A stretch of DNA of 64,000 nt from a virus (IMGVR_UViG_3300027971_004105), one strand, 5' to 3'; counted from the stretch's first letter, positions 27,332-37,468 are shown. A program made the numbers and translations. Notes: a model not told the origin generated them from the letters alone.

Positions 27332-28435
27332 ATGGCCAAAGCAGACAAAGACAGTTTAGCAGTTAGACAGGTCAGTCCTAACAATGCTAAAAGTAGCATA
27401 ACACACGCAATCAACAAAAAACGTCCATTATTTTTATGGGGAGCACCTGGTATTGGTAAATCAGATGTGGTACATCAAATTGCTGCCAGCATTGATGCTC
27501 ATGTGATCGACATAAGATTAAGTCTATGGGAACCCACAGATATCAAAGGTATTCCATACTACAACATGAAAGAAAACAACATGATTTGGGCCGCCCCAAG
27601 TGAACTGCCCAATGAAGAATTTGCTAAAAAACACAAAAAAATTATATTGTTTTTGGATGAAATGAATTCAGCCGCACCATCAGTTCAAGCGGCAGCATAT
27701 CAATTGATCCTAAACAGAAGAGTGGGCACATACAGGCTGCCTGACAATGTGGTTATTATTGCCGCTGGTAATAGAGAAGCGGACAGAGGTATCACATACA
27801 GAATGCCTGCGCCATTGGCCAATAGATTTATCCATATAGAAATGAAAGTGGATTTTGATGATTGGTTTCAGTGGGCTGTACAGAACAACATGCACAAAGA
27901 TGTGGTGGGGTTCTTAACATTCAGCAAGAAAGATTTATACGATTTTGAACCCAAGAGTTCAGGCAGATCGTTCGCAACTCCAAGATCTTGGGCATTTGTC
28001 AGTGAATTATTGTCTGACGAAGTGGATGAGAATACCACAGCCGATCTAGTTAGTGGAGCAGTAGGCGAAGGATTAGCAGTAAAATTCATGGCTCACAGAA
28101 AAGTGGCTAAGGACCTACCAAATCCGTCTGACATTTTGTCAGGGAAGGTAGAAAAAATGAAGACTAAAGAAATCAGTGCCATGTATTCCTTAACAGTCTC
28201 CCTTTGCTACGAACTGAAAGACGCATGTGATAAGAAAGACAAGAAGTTTAATGATAAAGTCAATAAATTTCTTAGATTTTCTATGGATAATTTCGATACT
28301 GAAATTGTTGTGATGGGCATTAAACTTGCTCTTACGCAATATCAATTACCGATTGATCCAGACAGTATCAAATGTTTCGATGAGTTTCATGAAAAGTACG
28401 GCAAGTATGTTATTGCCGCACAAAAGGTTGCTTAA
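27332..28435 (+). CDS. MoxR-like AAA+ ATPase
   Basis: GAPGIGKS Walker A, LFLDE Walker B, AAGN sensor I, PLANRF Arg finger. Confidence 0.9.
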   Translation: MAKADKDSLAVRQVSPNNAKSSITHAINKKRPLFLWGAPGIGKSDVVHQIAASIDAHVIDIRLSLWEPTDIKGIPYYNMKENNMIWAAPSELPNEEFAKKHKKIILFLDEMNSAAPSVQAAAYQLILNRRVGTYRLPDNVVIIAAGNREADRGITYRMPAPLANRFIHIEMKVDFDDWFQWAVQNNMHKDVVGFLTFSKKDLYDFEPKSSGRSFATPRSWAFVSELLSDEVDENTTADLVSGAVGEGLAVKFMAHRKVAKDLPNPSDILSGKVEKMKTKEISAMYSLTVSLCYELKDACDKKDKKFNDKVNKFLRFSMDNFDTEIVVMGIKLALTQYQLPIDPDSIKCFDEFHEKYGKYVIAAQKVA

Positions 28436-28446
28436 CTGTGACCATT

Positions 28447-28472
28447 CACAGGGCATTTTCGAGTGCCCTGTG
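28447..28472 (+). other. intergenic stem-loop with UUCG loop
   Basis: CACAGGGCA-TT-TTCG-AG-TGCCCTGTG; no U-tract after it. Confidence 0.7.
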
Positions 28473-28489
28473 TACAAATAAAGATTCTT

Positions 28490-29728
28490 ATGACTACTAA
28501 AAAACAAGAAAAATTAAACAAATTACAAGAAGAAGTATTGGATAAAATTATTGTGGCAAGAGTAGGATTGTTGTTGAGACATCCTTTCTTTGGCAACATG
28601 GCCACTAGATTGGGCATTCAAGAATGTGATGAATGGTGTCCCACAGCAGCCACTGATGGAAGAAATCTTTATTATAATACAAAATTCTTTAGCAAACTTT
28701 CTGCTAGAGAAATCGAATTTGTGATAGCACATGAAATACTTCATTGTGTGTTTGATCACATTGGCAGAAATGAACAGAGAGATAGACAGATATACAATGT
28801 GGCTTGTGATTACATTGTGAACAACACATTGGTGCGAGACAACATTGGTGAAAAACCCAAAGACATTCCCATATTTCAAGACTTCAAATATGAAGGTTGG
28901 AGTTCTGAAAGAGTGTATGATGAAATTTATAAAAAATATGATGAAAAACAATTGCAAAAATTAGGTCAATTGTTGGATGAACATTTGGATTGGGACAAGG
29001 ACGAAAACGGCGGCGGTAAAGATAAAAAAGACGGCAAAGAAGGTGACCAACAAAAAAGACCAGCATACAGCAAAGAAGAATTGAGAAAAATTAGAGATGA
29101 GATCAAAGATTCCATACTGCAATCAGCACAAGCCACAGGCGCTGGTAATCTTCCCAAAGAAGTGGAAAGAATCATAAAAAATATGACCAATCCTAAAATG
29201 AATTGGAGAGAAATATTACAGACTCAGATACAGAGTACCATCAAAAGTGATTACAGTTTTATGAGACCCAGTCGCAAAGGTTGGCACACAGGCGTGGTAT
29301 TGCCAGGTTCACAGTTTGAACAGACCATTGATTTGGCTGTGGCCATTGATGCCAGTGGATCCATTGATGAAAAAAAATTGAGTATATTCTTAGGCGAAAT
29401 CAAATCCATCATGGATCAATACAAAGATTATAGAATTAAAGTGTGGACTTTTGACACAGAAGTGTACAATGAACAAGACTATGGTCCCACAGATGGTGAC
29501 ATTAGCCAGTATGAAATCACCGGTGGTGGTGGCACAGATTTCATGTGCAACTGGGAGTACATGAAAAAGAATGACATTCAACCAAAAAAATTCATCATGT
29601 TCACAGACGGATACACATTTGACAGCTGGGGAGATCCTCACTACTGTGACACCGTGTTTGTGATACACAACAATCACAACGAAAGAATTGAATCACCGTT
29701 TGGTATCACTACCAAATACGAAGACTAA
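28490..29728 (+). CDS. metallopeptidase-like plus VWA domain protein (DUF2201-type MoxR partner)
   Basis: AATDG, HEILH (HExxH), IDASGSI (MIDAS), GGGTDF, FTDG. Confidence 0.88.
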   Translation: MTTKKQEKLNKLQEEVLDKIIVARVGLLLRHPFFGNMATRLGIQECDEWCPTAATDGRNLYYNTKFFSKLSAREIEFVIAHEILHCVFDHIGRNEQRDRQIYNVACDYIVNNTLVRDNIGEKPKDIPIFQDFKYEGWSSERVYDEIYKKYDEKQLQKLGQLLDEHLDWDKDENGGGKDKKDGKEGDQQKRPAYSKEELRKIRDEIKDSILQSAQATGAGNLPKEVERIIKNMTNPKMNWREILQTQIQSTIKSDYSFMRPSRKGWHTGVVLPGSQFEQTIDLAVAIDASGSIDEKKLSIFLGEIKSIMDQYKDYRIKVWTFDTEVYNEQDYGPTDGDISQYEITGGGGTDFMCNWEYMKKNDIQPKKFIMFTDGYTFDSWGDPHYCDTVFVIHNNHNERIESPFGITTKYED

Positions 29729-30012
29729 TGTTGCAGAAAACTGGAGAACCCAATCCTTTAAACTTTTTTGGTATTAGAAAAGTTCAAAAACCACTGCCGC
29801 ATTTCACATATTTGGAAATCAAATTCGATTATGGCATGGAAGACAAGATCAATAATTGGATTAGAATCAATTTAAAAAGTAGATATTTTTTGGAAAAAAC
29901 AATCAAAAGCTCTCATGAACACAAAGTGGAGTATGTGATAAAAATTGGTTTTGAAGAAGCCAAAGAACTCACCATATTCACTTTGAGTTGTCCTTATGTG
30001 AATCGAAGTTAA
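29728..30012 (+). CDS. hypothetical protein
   Basis: TAATG coupling. Confidence 0.65.
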   Translation: MLQKTGEPNPLNFFGIRKVQKPLPHFTYLEIKFDYGMEDKINNWIRINLKSRYFLEKTIKSSHEHKVEYVIKIGFEEAKELTIFTLSCPYVNRS

Positions 30013-30044
30013 ATAATTTCGTATATACAACAAGGAGAACATAC

Positions 30045-30335
30045 ATGAACGAAGAAACTAAAAAAACTGCCACAGCCAGCACTGCTGCACCAAAAGCTGC
30101 AGCACCAGAAGCTGATTTAAAATCAGGAGATTTAACTGTGCAGGATTTAAACACTATCAAAGCTATCATTGACGTGGCATCACAGAGAGGTGCTTTCAAA
30201 GCCAATGAGATGCAAGCCGTAGGAACAACCTACAACAAACTTGAATCTTTTTTGAATGCCATTCAAGCTCAACAAGCGGCAGCAGCTAAATCTGCTCCAG
30301 CAGCAACAGCAGCACCTGTGGGAGATAAAAAATAA
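30045..30335 (+). CDS. hypothetical protein with Ala-rich termini
   Basis: AAGGAG SD; TAAATA 30010-30015. Confidence 0.7.
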   Translation: MNEETKKTATASTAAPKAAAPEADLKSGDLTVQDLNTIKAIIDVASQRGAFKANEMQAVGTTYNKLESFLNAIQAQQAAAAKSAPAATAAPVGDKK

Positions 30336-30913
30336 TGTCTGAAGTGAAACATTTGGGTAGATTCAAAGACACCAAAGAAGTGGTGGGAGTGGTCTACAGA
30401 GTATTGCCCAGTGATCCAGAACATGCATTGGTGGTACCCACCAGCGGTTTGGATGCAGATGAACATGCAAGACTGATGGATTTAATTCACAGTGCTGCCA
30501 GTCAAACTTCATATGAACTAGCAGAAGCTATGGCCCGTGCCCCGTTGGGTGATGGTTCCATCATGCTGGCTAGATTCCATGTGAAAAAATTGATGAAAAA
30601 AGTCAAGAGCAATCAAATAGAAATGACTCCCAATCAATTCACCACTATCAGTTTGGATGCATTGAATGCTGCCATAGCACAACAAAAAGGTTTAAAAATT
30701 GCTGAACTGGCCATCACTGCCAGCAACGATACACCAGCAAACACACAGGCCAGAAACATAGTGAATCCCATTGTGGAATCTGTGAAAAACGAGTCTGTGT
30801 TGACCGATGAACAATTGGCTGCAAAATTAAGAAGTGATGCAGACAGATTGTACAAAGAAGCAGCACGATTGAGAAAACAAGCAGACGAGTTAAAAACTAA
30901 GTCAGCAGAATAA
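30335..30913 (+). CDS. hypothetical protein with C-terminal coiled coil
   Basis: TAATG coupling. Confidence 0.7.
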   Translation: MSEVKHLGRFKDTKEVVGVVYRVLPSDPEHALVVPTSGLDADEHARLMDLIHSAASQTSYELAEAMARAPLGDGSIMLARFHVKKLMKKVKSNQIEMTPNQFTTISLDALNAAIAQQKGLKIAELAITASNDTPANTQARNIVNPIVESVKNESVLTDEQLAAKLRSDADRLYKEAARLRKQADELKTKSAE

Positions 30914-30919
30914 TCAATT

Positions 30920-31234
30920 ATGGTCATTTTTGGCAAAAAATCACTGCCCAAAAATGTTGTGGATCATTGGCCAGAAGTGTTCAATGATGTCACAGTGAAT
31001 GCCATACCTATTGAGTACCTATTGGCCATAAAAGTAACATTTAATGATGGCAAAAAATGGGAAATCAAAGTCAAAAACAGTCATAAAAAAATGACCAACA
31101 GTAGGCTGGAACAAACACTGAATGAACTGTTCAAAAACTACACCAACAGCATCAAGAATGTGGATTTTAGGCTGGATACTGAAAAGGTCAAAAAGGACAT
31201 TGAAAAACACACCAAAAAGTTCTTTAAAAAATAA
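30920..31234 (+). CDS. hypothetical protein
   Basis: 104 aa ORF in gene-dense context. Confidence 0.65.
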   Translation: MVIFGKKSLPKNVVDHWPEVFNDVTVNAIPIEYLLAIKVTFNDGKKWEIKVKNSHKKMTNSRLEQTLNELFKNYTNSIKNVDFRLDTEKVKKDIEKHTKKFFKK

Positions 31235-31265
31235 AACTTTTAAGTGATGAATACTGTTAATTCAG

Positions 31266-31273
31266 TATAAATA
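31266..31273 (+). promoter_or_regulatory. T4 late promoter, full consensus TATAAATA
   Basis: Exact match in the intergenic gap; AGGAG SD before 31307. Confidence 0.7.
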
Positions 31274-31306
31274 CACAGTAATAAGACATTAGGAGCAACG
31301 CACAAT

Positions 31307-32455
31307 ATGGCATTCAAAATAAGACGTGGCACAAACGCACAAAGATTACTGATAACTCCAGCAGAAGGAGAATTAATCTACACTACAGACACCAAAAAAC
31401 TGTTCACAGGTGATGGTACAACTTTGGGTGGTGTGGCTGTGGACACAGGCACTGTGGCGTTTTCAGGCATTGCATCAGATGTTACTCCAGATGTGGACAG
31501 CACAAGAGACATTGGTGCCACAGGCAACAGATGGGCCGAAGGTTGGTTTGACAATGTGTATGGTGCATTCACAGGTGCTCTTACAGGCAATGTCACAGGA
31601 AATTTAAGTGGTAATGTCACAGGCAATGTCACAGGAAATTTAATAGGCAATGTGTCAGGTGATGTCACAGGAGATCTCAACGGTTCAGTGTTTGCAGATG
31701 ACTCCACAGCAATGTTGGATGCCATACAAAAAAGAATCAAAGCAGATGTGTACAGCACAGCAGGCACATTATTATTGAGCACCAACCCTGCTACCAATGT
31801 GGTCAGCAACGGTGATGTGGTAATCACAGACAACGTGGTGACTCTGTTGAACGGATTAGACAACATACAATTAGGCACCAACACTTCAGCATTAGGAGTA
31901 GGGTTAAGAATTAAATCGCCTGTGCTTACTAACAAATCTATTGAAATTAATTCATTAACAAATGGTATTGTTGGTGACAGTTTTGAAATTCAAGTATCCA
32001 GAGGCTCTTTAAGTATTCCTACTTCAGTACAACAAGGTGATCCATTGTTCACTATAGTGGCCAATGGCTATGATGGCACTGATTACAGATTTTCCAGCGC
32101 TATATCTTTTGACATTGATCCTGACACCAGCAATCCTGTAGGACCAAACGCAGTACCAGGAAAAATTAGTTTTGGAACATCTGCAGATGGTGGAGCAACC
32201 TTACGAGGATTAGTTTTTGATGCAGATGGACAATTGGGTGTGAATATGACCTCTCCCACTGCCACACTGGATGTGAATGGTGCTGCAAAATTTGCAGGTC
32301 CTGTGAGATTGGCCGTCGCTGCCAATGACACAGCAAGAACTGCTTATGGCACAGCATTGAAAGGACAATTAATATTCATGGTGAGTGGTACCTCACCAGC
32401 AGCTACCAACAAAGTACAGGTGTACGATGGTGCAGCCTGGGTCAACCTACACTAA
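31307..32455 (+). CDS. tail-fibre-like virion protein with Mtd_N-type N-terminus
   Basis: IRRGT...PAEGELIYTTDTKKLFTGDG; xTGN repeats; YDGAAW C-terminus. Confidence 0.75.
   Translation: MAFKIRRGTNAQRLLITPAEGELIYTTDTKKLFTGDGTTLGGVAVDTGTVAFSGIASDVTPDVDSTRDIGATGNRWAEGWFDNVYGAFTGALTGNVTGNLSGNVTGNVTGNLIGNVSGDVTGDLNGSVFADDSTAMLDAIQKRIKADVYSTAGTLLLSTNPATNVVSNGDVVITDNVVTLLNGLDNIQLGTNTSALGVGLRIKSPVLTNKSIEINSLTNGIVGDSFEIQVSRGSLSIPTSVQQGDPLFTIVANGYDGTDYRFSSAISFDIDPDTSNPVGPNAVPGKISFGTSADGGATLRGLVFDADGQLGVNMTSPTATLDVNGAAKFAGPVRLAVAANDTARTAYGTALKGQLIFMVSGTSPAATNKVQVYDGAAWVNLH
31583..31643 (+). repeat. 25-bp direct repeat within (L/V)TGN tetrapeptide repeats
   Basis: ACAGGCAATGTCACAGGAAATTTAA at 31583 and 31619. 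Confidence 0.8.
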
Positions 32456-32461
32456 TTAATT

Positions 32462-33610
32462 TTATTTTTGAATTGTTTTGGATTGTTTAATTTTACAGTC
32501 AGCCCAACTGCGATTGGTCCATTGAGAAGGTTTGTAATCTATATTTTTTGATTGAATACCATAACATGCTGGCACAGTATCATACAGTATCATTTTTTTA
32601 TTCACAGCAGCATCACGCAACATAATTTGATGTAAAAAATTAGTGACTGGTTTGCCTGGCACGAAATCACACCAAGGTCCACACTTCAATTGTTCCAAGT
32701 CAATGGTTTTAACATCACTCCATTGTATAATTCTATGAGTTATGCCATTGATATTCACCATGTAATGATAAAGATTATCATCAGCAGGTTGTTTTTCCCA
32801 AGTCCACCCTTTGCGATCACAAATTTGTTTGATCAATTTGACATGATCACTGAGATAAAATCTAGGTTCATCAGGAGATCTACCTATGTCTGATCCGGCT
32901 CTTATTCTGTATTGCCAACTCTTATGTCCTAAAGATTGTATTTCTTCCAGAACATGTTCCATATGATCCAAACTTTCCAATGTATATCCCACATAGTACA
33001 CAAAAATTCCTTCAGCAATACAATTGTCTATGCCTTGCAGTTGTTTTTGATGCACAGTTGCTCCTTGATAGGAATGATGATTCAAACCAATCATCACCAT
33101 GGTGGCTCCAGCAGCAGCGATTTCTTTCACCCATGCTCTGTCAGACAACTTTACTCCATTGGTCAATATGCACACGTCTTCAGGTCTGTTTAATCTTTTC
33201 AATAATGCTTTGATTTGTCTAATTAATTCTGGCAAGTCTTTGCGCACAGTGGGTTCAGCACCAGCCAATATCACAGCACCAGATTCTGCATGAAATCTAT
33301 GTTCAATCTGATCCAATATTTGTTCAATGGGTCTATCAGCTTGTTTATTGTCAGGTTTATGATAACAGTGCGGACAATTTAAATTACATCGGTCAGTGAC
33401 TTCTACCATGATCCCATGAGGAATGGTGTATCCTGAAACATCATAGTGTAATTGCTTATAAAATTCTACGTCTCTTTCTATTCTAATGTTTTGTGTGCCA
33501 TGCTCAGCACAAGTCTTGGTTAGATACACTCCAGAATCTCTTGTTTCTCTCACTGCTTCACAGTGTCTATAACAGATATCACACAAGCTAGTAGTTTTTA
33601 TATCTTCCAT
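32462..33610 (-). CDS. radical SAM enzyme with N-terminal CxxC...CxxHG metal site (MJ0619/Tes-like architecture)
   Basis: TSLCDIC...VYLTKTCAEHG; CNLNCPHC; GAEPT; LTNG. Confidence 0.85.
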   Translation of the reverse strand: MEDIKTTSLCDICYRHCEAVRETRDSGVYLTKTCAEHGTQNIRIERDVEFYKQLHYDVSGYTIPHGIMVEVTDRCNLNCPHCYHKPDNKQADRPIEQILDQIEHRFHAESGAVILAGAEPTVRKDLPELIRQIKALLKRLNRPEDVCILTNGVKLSDRAWVKEIAAAGATMVMIGLNHHSYQGATVHQKQLQGIDNCIAEGIFVYYVGYTLESLDHMEHVLEEIQSLGHKSWQYRIRAGSDIGRSPDEPRFYLSDHVKLIKQICDRKGWTWEKQPADDNLYHYMVNINGITHRIIQWSDVKTIDLEQLKCGPWCDFVPGKPVTNFLHQIMLRDAAVNKKMILYDTVPACYGIQSKNIDYKPSQWTNRSWADCKIKQSKTIQK

Positions 33611-33612
33611 GA

Positions 33613-34302
33613 TTATTTGTACAGTGCTATGGCAGCATCTATAAAATCTTTAGGGTAATTGTTTCTAAAACTTTCCAAACACAATATCTGCAAGCTGGCA
33701 AAGTCTGTGGGAGTGTGCATGTCAATATTTAGTTCATGCATTTTGGGCAGTAAAACTGTTCTCCTGTCTTGGGATATGTGACTGAAATGATCCTGCACAG
33801 TGATAAGTGGTTCGCTTTTGTGATAACAAAAGAAATAGTTAACACTTTTTAATTTGCCTTCCACCACAAAATAACTGCTGGGGTGTAAACTGTATTTGTA
33901 TAATCCTAATGTTTTGTGTGCTTGCAGAATCTCCAACATCTGTTCACGCCAATTGGGCAGCACTGCATCCATGCCCACTGTGTGACTCTGTTCCCAAAAA
34001 TCCACGCCATCAACGCCAAAGATAATTTTTTTATTGTCATAGTCCAGTTCCAATATGTCAGGAATGTGTTCTGGAAAATTGTGATGCATCATCAGCAGCA
34101 TATCCACTTCTCTCTGCCATTTTTGTTCCATTAGGATGGGATCCATCACTTCGTTTTGATCTCTGTGATACTCTGTGTCGTTGTGAAACCATTGCACAAA
34201 TTCTGTTTTATTTTGATTGATAAGACTGGTGTACACAAGATTGTTCCTGCACAATCCTTTGCCTGGCACATTATTGTAATAGTATACGTAGTCAGTTACC
34301 AT
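33613..34302 (-). CDS. protein-kinase-like fold protein
   Basis: QREVDML, PDILELD, KYSLHPSSYF; paralogous to 42619-43254. Confidence 0.5.
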   Translation of the reverse strand: MVTDYVYYYNNVPGKGLCRNNLVYTSLINQNKTEFVQWFHNDTEYHRDQNEVMDPILMEQKWQREVDMLLMMHHNFPEHIPDILELDYDNKKIIFGVDGVDFWEQSHTVGMDAVLPNWREQMLEILQAHKTLGLYKYSLHPSSYFVVEGKLKSVNYFFCYHKSEPLITVQDHFSHISQDRRTVLLPKMHELNIDMHTPTDFASLQILCLESFRNNYPKDFIDAAIALYK

Positions 34303-34850
34303 CTAGGATATCTTTCCAATTGTTTGTAAAATTCTTGAACATTTAATTGCCACACAGTTTGATTTGTGCCTCTGTATTTTATTTGATTGATTTTTTTCAA
34401 ACATTTAGATTCTGCCAACATGGGTGCCCAAATATTATGCACTAGACGTTGAGTGCCTTCACTATTTTCATTGGTGGTCACATAAAGATTATTTTGTGAT
34501 CCAGCCCATTCAATACAAGTGGGAATAAAAAATTGTGGAGTGACGCTTTGATGCGTGAGTATGCCTGTTTTGGTTCTTAATCTTGAGATAGGCAATTGAT
34601 CTGTGAACACACAAGTTCTACACAATATTCTAAAACTATTTTCACCCATTTCAGGAAAAGAATGAGCGCCAGTAGACCCCACTATTTTATTGTTGTATTT
34701 AAGCAACCAAATTTTCCATTTTTTTTCTGTGGAGATGCTGTCCACCAACATTTTTTTATTACTGTTGTTTTTGAATCCTTTGGATTCTGCTTGAAGATAA
34801 AATTCTGTTAAATCAATCGATTCAGAATATGGTACCAATTTATAAGTCAT
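34296..34850 (-). CDS. GNAT-like acetyltransferase
   Basis: WLLKYNNKIVGSTGAH...FRILCRTCV strand pattern. Confidence 0.55.
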   Translation of the reverse strand: MTYKLVPYSESIDLTEFYLQAESKGFKNNSNKKMLVDSISTEKKWKIWLLKYNNKIVGSTGAHSFPEMGENSFRILCRTCVFTDQLPISRLRTKTGILTHQSVTPQFFIPTCIEWAGSQNNLYVTTNENSEGTQRLVHNIWAPMLAESKCLKKINQIKYRGTNQTVWQLNVQEFYKQLERYPRW

Positions 34851-34866
34851 AAATTATTTTGCTCTC

Positions 34867-34886
34867 AATATTTAACACTAAATATT
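34867..34886. promoter_or_regulatory. back-to-back divergent late promoters
   Basis: Perfect inverted repeat AATATTTA-ACAC-TAAATATT in the 39-bp gap between divergent genes. Confidence 0.7.
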
Positions 34887-34889
34887 TGG

Positions 34890-35696
34890 ATGATAAGAGG
34901 AATTGGTGGCCGACCATATATTGATTTAACTCCACATTTGGATATAGAAGGTTTTAGGAAATTACATCCTGAAATTTGCCGAGGATTTGCTTTGGCTAGA
35001 GAATATGCCAAAGAAGGCACATGGATGTCGCCAGGATTTAATCTACAAGACATGAGTTATCAATTGAATTGGAAACCAATTTATCAGGCTGTGAAAGAAT
35101 ATCTTGCACTGCCCATAGATCATCCTATTAGAAAAAACGGTGATGATTTGTATGCCAATATCAAAGATTACCGCACAAGAAATCAATTCACACGCTACCT
35201 CAAAGCAGTGTTGGGTGCCAAAGATCCATACATCTATTATTTTTTATGGAATGAAGGCGATTGGGATAATAGAAATTCTGAAAGACATCTCACAGAGGAA
35301 AGCAAACATTTTCCTGGATTGGTCACATGGGTTAAAAATCTTGTGGATCAAAACATTATCAGTCAAATAGGCAGAGTGATATTTTTTCACTGTGAACATG
35401 ATGGACAACCATTTGAACACAGAGATCTAGATGGCAAACTGGGTGATCAACAAGGATACAGTGATCATCGCAATGAGTTCATACACATACGTTATAACAC
35501 CAAAAGAGGATTTTATATTTGGGATCCTGAAACAAAAAACAAAACCTACATCAATGCCAATGCAGCTTTCTGGAACGATCAAGACTGGCATGGTGGAGAA
35601 ATTAATCGTGAACAAGAGTATGGATTGAGAATTGACTGTGTGTTCACCGATGCATTTAGAAAAAAATTAGGCATCGATCATTTAAAAAATTATTAA
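34890..35696 (+). CDS. cupin/2OG-Fe(II) dioxygenase-like protein
   Basis: EHRD (HxD) and distal DWHGG; paralog of 41321-42076. Confidence 0.6.
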   Translation: MIRGIGGRPYIDLTPHLDIEGFRKLHPEICRGFALAREYAKEGTWMSPGFNLQDMSYQLNWKPIYQAVKEYLALPIDHPIRKNGDDLYANIKDYRTRNQFTRYLKAVLGAKDPYIYYFLWNEGDWDNRNSERHLTEESKHFPGLVTWVKNLVDQNIISQIGRVIFFHCEHDGQPFEHRDLDGKLGDQQGYSDHRNEFIHIRYNTKRGFYIWDPETKNKTYINANAAFWNDQDWHGGEINREQEYGLRIDCVFTDAFRKKLGIDHLKNY

Positions 35697-35697
35697 T

Positions 35698-36321
35698 ATG
35701 AATAACTTTCATCGTTTTATAAATCTACCTTTTACCATAGATAGACCAAAAATTTTTGATACATTAAAAGTGCCTAACTGGTCAAGTGGTGGTATGACTT
35801 TTGAAATAGCTAAACAGCATGTTGATAAAAGAATCCTTGAATGGTTGGATAGTTTTAATATTTCCACATCTCAATTTTTTGAAGGAACTTACACTGCACC
35901 TAATAATGGATCTATTGGCATACACAGCGATACAGATACATTGTCGGACATGACCAAATTACTTTTTATTTGGGGGCCAGACAACAGTTTCACTAGATGG
36001 TGGGAGCCTAAAATTGATGCAGTTTCTTCAAAGATGCGACCAGATCAAGGAGGCCCGCATGCTGAAATTTTCAATCCTGACACGTATGTTTATGAATTTG
36101 ATGATGCGGACAGAGCACTGTGTTATGAAGAAAAAGATTGTAATTTATTGTATGAAAAAGTTTTATCTAAACCAAGCATAATTAACGCAGGCAGATTGCA
36201 TAGTACATTTAATAATGGCAGTGAAGATCGATGGGGTCTTACTCTTACATTAATGAAAAATAATAAAAGATTACAATTTTTTGAAGCATTAGAAATTTTT
36301 AAAGACATAATACATGAATAA
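35698..36321 (+). CDS. cupin/2OG-Fe(II) dioxygenase-like protein
   Basis: IHSD and RLHS; tandem paralog of the next gene. Confidence 0.55.
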   Translation: MNNFHRFINLPFTIDRPKIFDTLKVPNWSSGGMTFEIAKQHVDKRILEWLDSFNISTSQFFEGTYTAPNNGSIGIHSDTDTLSDMTKLLFIWGPDNSFTRWWEPKIDAVSSKMRPDQGGPHAEIFNPDTYVYEFDDADRALCYEEKDCNLLYEKVLSKPSIINAGRLHSTFNNGSEDRWGLTLTLMKNNKRLQFFEALEIFKDIIHE

Positions 36322-36931
36322 AACTATGTCTGATCAAAATTATTATCACAGATACTTAAAATTACCATTTGAATATTTAAAACCAAGATGTTTTAATAAA
36401 AGTTATGATCATCCTAATATGATATATGTTTTGCCAGAATCAATTGACCAAAGTGTGATCAAATGGATCGAGTCCTTCGATTTAAAAGTATCCAATCTTA
36501 TTGAAGGATTTTATACTCCCACAAATGGTGGAAAGATACCTCTGCACAATGATACCTCTACCATAAGCAATGCTGTAAAAATTAATTTTACCTGGGGACC
36601 AGACAACAGTGTGACCAGATGGTGGCATGTGAAACAACCTGAATATTTAAAACCGGTCAAACCAGACAATAGTCATATATTAATTGCGGGTGTGGTGCCC
36701 GATATAGTGGTCACAGATGCTTACTCAGCACGTGAAGAAGATTGTGATTTGGTGCATGAGCAAGTGATCAATAGACCCAGTTTGATGAACATAGGACAAC
36801 TGCACAGCACATTCAATCCCAACATGACTGAAGATCGTTGGACACTGTGTTTTACTCTGTTAAAATTAGATAACACACATCTACAATTTGAAGAAGCTGT
36901 GCAAATATTCAAAGATTATATTCATGAATAG
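36314..36931 (+). CDS. cupin/2OG-Fe(II) dioxygenase-like protein
   Basis: LHND, QLHS and distal DRW. Confidence 0.55.
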   Translation: MNKTMSDQNYYHRYLKLPFEYLKPRCFNKSYDHPNMIYVLPESIDQSVIKWIESFDLKVSNLIEGFYTPTNGGKIPLHNDTSTISNAVKINFTWGPDNSVTRWWHVKQPEYLKPVKPDNSHILIAGVVPDIVVTDAYSAREEDCDLVHEQVINRPSLMNIGQLHSTFNPNMTEDRWTLCFTLLKLDNTHLQFEEAVQIFKDYIHE

Positions 36932-37460
36932 AACAGTGCGTATTACCTGCCCCAAAGAATTTAATAAAAAATACATGTCTCGTCAACATGACAATTATAT
37001 CAACAAGTTGAATGTGTATCACAACGCACAAAAAATATTTGCCAACATTGATGATGCAGAGGAGAATCTTCCTATAATATTAGAAAAATCCATTGTGTTC
37101 GATAATATCAACGTTTTTGAATTCAATTATGATATTAAATTTCACTCAGTGGAAGAGCAGGCCAAAATTATATGGAGTCTTAAACCAATAAATTATCTGT
37201 ATCAAAGTCATGTGCAGTTGATCAGACTCAACAGTGTGCAAGGCAGTGAACATGTGTCAGATGACTATCGTATCACAGTGAAGTGTAATCAATACACTCA
37301 CTCAGTGGGCAAGGAATATCATCAAGGACAACATCAAAACATAAATTTTAAGGATCTCATAGATGCCAACGGATACTGTTGTTTCAGCGTGGAAACCAAA
37401 AAAGTTTTTGATAACACTTCAGCCATCACATACGATCAATTACAATTTGAAATACTATAA
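36924..37460 (+). CDS. hypothetical protein
   Basis: ATG 36924 overlaps the previous gene end. Confidence 0.6.
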   Translation: MNRTVRITCPKEFNKKYMSRQHDNYINKLNVYHNAQKIFANIDDAEENLPIILEKSIVFDNINVFEFNYDIKFHSVEEQAKIIWSLKPINYLYQSHVQLIRLNSVQGSEHVSDDYRITVKCNQYTHSVGKEYHQGQHQNINFKDLIDANGYCCFSVETKKVFDNTSAITYDQLQFEIL

Positions 37461-37468
37461 TTATTGCT

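Noticed and set aside
28447-28472. Hairpin as an intrinsic terminator
   Set aside because: No U-tract follows, and the downstream VWA gene appears co-transcribed.
31378-31935. Long opposite-strand ORFs (also 28523-28957, 58915-59292, 61128-61544, 63431-63739)
   Set aside because: Antisense shadows of genes with biased codon use; no motifs, SD or promoters.
31307-32455. Diversity-generating retroelement suggested by the Mtd_N-like domain
   Set aside because: No reverse transcriptase or template/variable repeat pair in the window.
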